A DNA stretch of 64,000 nt from Flaccisagitta enflata (taxonomy: Eukaryota). Below are positions 57,746 through 64,000 of the stretch, piece after piece (position 1 is the stretch's first letter; every line of letters starts with the position of its first letter). Location: NCBI GenBank assembly GCA_965153355.1, contig OZ231126.1, positions 17,732,001 to 17,796,000 on the forward strand, in the 5' to 3' direction. Below the pieces are notes generated by a model that saw only the letters and a program-made list of their open reading frames with translations, did no database searches and was not told the DNA's origin. Position numbers and translations under genes: made by a program.

Positions 57746-58141
57746 TTTCTTTCTTTCCTTCTTTCTTTTCTTTTCTTCATTCATTCATTCCTTCATTCTT
57801 TCTTTCTTTCTTCTTTTTTTTTCCCCTTTTTTCTCACAAAAGCATGAGCATGTGCGCAGCTTCCTGATAAAGTAATATCAAACTACATTCACATAGATTT
57901 CCATTATTCTGAGGTACGTTATTTCGGGCTTTGATTGTATTTTTCCGTGGCCTGTTTCGCGGTCTATATTAAGGACCCGGGTCTCTTGAAAAAGATTTCA
58001 AGAATTCTTCAGAAAAAAAAAATCTCGGCTCAACTTTGATCTTTTTTATTTCTTCAAGGAGCAAATTTCATACGCGATATTTCCGCTAATTTCACAGGAG
58101 AAAATATGAAAACGGTATTTACGTTTCATCATTCGGGCAGC

Positions 58142-62167
<4,026 letters not shown>

Positions 62168-62365
62168 GCAATAACAGAAAGAAAGGAAGAATGAAAAGCA
62201 AGAAAAATACTCAAGAAAACTAATTTTTTCTTTCCGATCCCCGTGCCTACTCCCTTCACTCTTTACTCTACCTTACACGCGGTGTGAGTCACGTCTGTCG
62301 GCCTTTTACCGGTGTTCTCCATCTCGTTTCCACGTTGATTAGATAACAAAAGCCAAAAAGAAAAA

Positions 62366-62589
62366 AACAAGGCCGGATACACGGCTACCCCAGTCGCGTG
62401 CGGGTGGGCAGGGGCCATAATTGAGGTCAGTGGAACATTTGGGCAGGAGCAATAAGGCCAAAAACCCCATTAACGCCGAAGAAGTAAAGTGTGACCGATA
62501 CACGGACCGATGGACGGACGGACAGACGGACCGACGGACCGACGGACCGACAAAGCGGGGTGTAGAGTCGCGTAGCACGCGACTAAAAA
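62366..62589 (-). mobile_element. Full-length HINE-like element
   Basis: aacaaggccggatacacggc...agtcgcgtgc...(ggac)n...agagtcgcgtagcacgcgactaaaaa. Confidence 0.85.
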
Positions 62590-64000
62590 GAACATAAAAG
62601 AAAAGTCGCGTTCGGGCTGAGTTTTAGACTAATCCTAGGTATAGATTAGGCCCTATCAACAAAGGCAAGAGATGTTCAATACATACGTGCTGCCTTCAGA
62701 ATCTTAAGCTGTTCTAGGTTGCACTTTGAATGGTACAATGAGAGATAGAATGGCATTTCTTTATTCTTTAGTATTCTAACGTGCGTCAAAACACGACAAC
62801 AAGAAGCTCTGGCCTTTGGTCGGTTAGTCGGTTGGTTGGTTGGTTGGTCTGACGTATTCGTTCGACGATCCACACGAAGCACGCGTACTTCGTCTTCTTG
62901 GCCTCGTCTTTTAGTGTTTAGTGTTCGTGATCTTACAAACAGTTTTGATACTAGTATTACCATATGTATCAGTACAGGTATTAGTATTTGAATTACCTTT
63001 AGTATTTGACGATCGGACTTAAGGATGAACATGGCTGAAGCTAATGAAACCTCACGAGAAATATTGATTTGCTTGATTGAGATATATCGTGAGCGATTTA
63101 CCCTGCGTTAATTAACGGCACATTAACGCCTCTAATTAACAAAATTGTTAATAAAAGGCAAAAAAGTACCATTAATTAACGGTAGTTTTTCTGCTGTTAA
63201 TTAACACTTAAAAACAGTCGTTAATTAACACTATATAAGGGGTGGCTATTAAAAAACCTAATAGTAACCAGTTTTACTAGCTGAAATTGCTCTTTTCCTC
63301 AGTAGAATTGCAAATTTACACCCTGAGACATCTAGCGATGAAAGCTGCAAAGCTTCGCTGCGTCAGGAGCAAAAACAAAAGAACAATGGGGGTAAATCGT
63401 TATGACAAACAAATTTCAAGTTGCTCTTGGTGACAAATGAAAGTGTGAACTTGAACAACCAAGAAATGATACTCACTTTTTTGCAATTCAAAATATTTCA
63501 TTTATAAGATTCAAATCTTAAGGAGGATGTTTTTTATATGGTTATTGTTTCAATGGGCTTACAAGAGGAACAAAATGGTCAAACAGCAATATGCAAATGA
63601 GTTTGAATGAGTAATGCATCTGGATAAACTGGTGAGGCACATCTTTTGTTTTTTTAACCAATAAAGTTTTAAATCAAATTTAACATGTATACTTATAGAA
63701 AAAAAAAGCAACATGGTAAAAATTTTCCAAGCTAGTACCTTATGTTCTTTCACAAATATCCAGCATCATTTGAACTAATTCATCTTTCCTCAAAATAATG
63801 GAATGATTGACCAACAAGTGAAATGTTTGAATTGAATCTTAAGGTTATCCCTGAAATCTTAGCTTTTTAGGTGTTTAGTTATCGTTTAGGCTCAAAATTT
63901 GAACAAACAAATAGTTGACTAAAGATTGTTAATATTTCTTGCGCTATGATACATTCCCCACATGAACATAAAACCATCCCATCATTTCTATTCAATGATT

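Overview
AT-rich, repeat-dense eukaryotic DNA, probably intergenic or intronic sequence of an invertebrate animal (taxon not determinable here). I find no intact protein-coding gene, RNA gene or CRISPR array; nearly all listed ORFs are microsatellite read-through. Contents: (1) a decayed 3.8-kb Academ-type (AcademX-like) DNA transposon at 44857-48689 with TAG...CTA ends, ~340-bp TIRs, a TTA target duplication and a transposase/XPG-PIN/Cys8 pseudogene. (2) About 17 MITE-like elements, many with readable TIRs and TSDs (TA, 2 bp, TTAA, 8 bp, 9 bp). (3) Roughly 25-30 copies or fragments of Helentron-associated (HINE/DINE-1-like) elements whose terminal hairpins differ in sequence but keep base-pairing; several carry internal satellites. 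(4) Very long simple repeats. (5) Local rearrangements: a templated inverted/direct patchwork at 49713-50384, a mixed duplication at 42.4-44.2 kb and a ~2-kb tandem duplication at 58.1-62.2 kb. The least explained signal is a 41-bp imperfect palindrome recurring at ~200-bp spacing inside MITEs with unrelated termini. All alignments and coordinates were read by eye.
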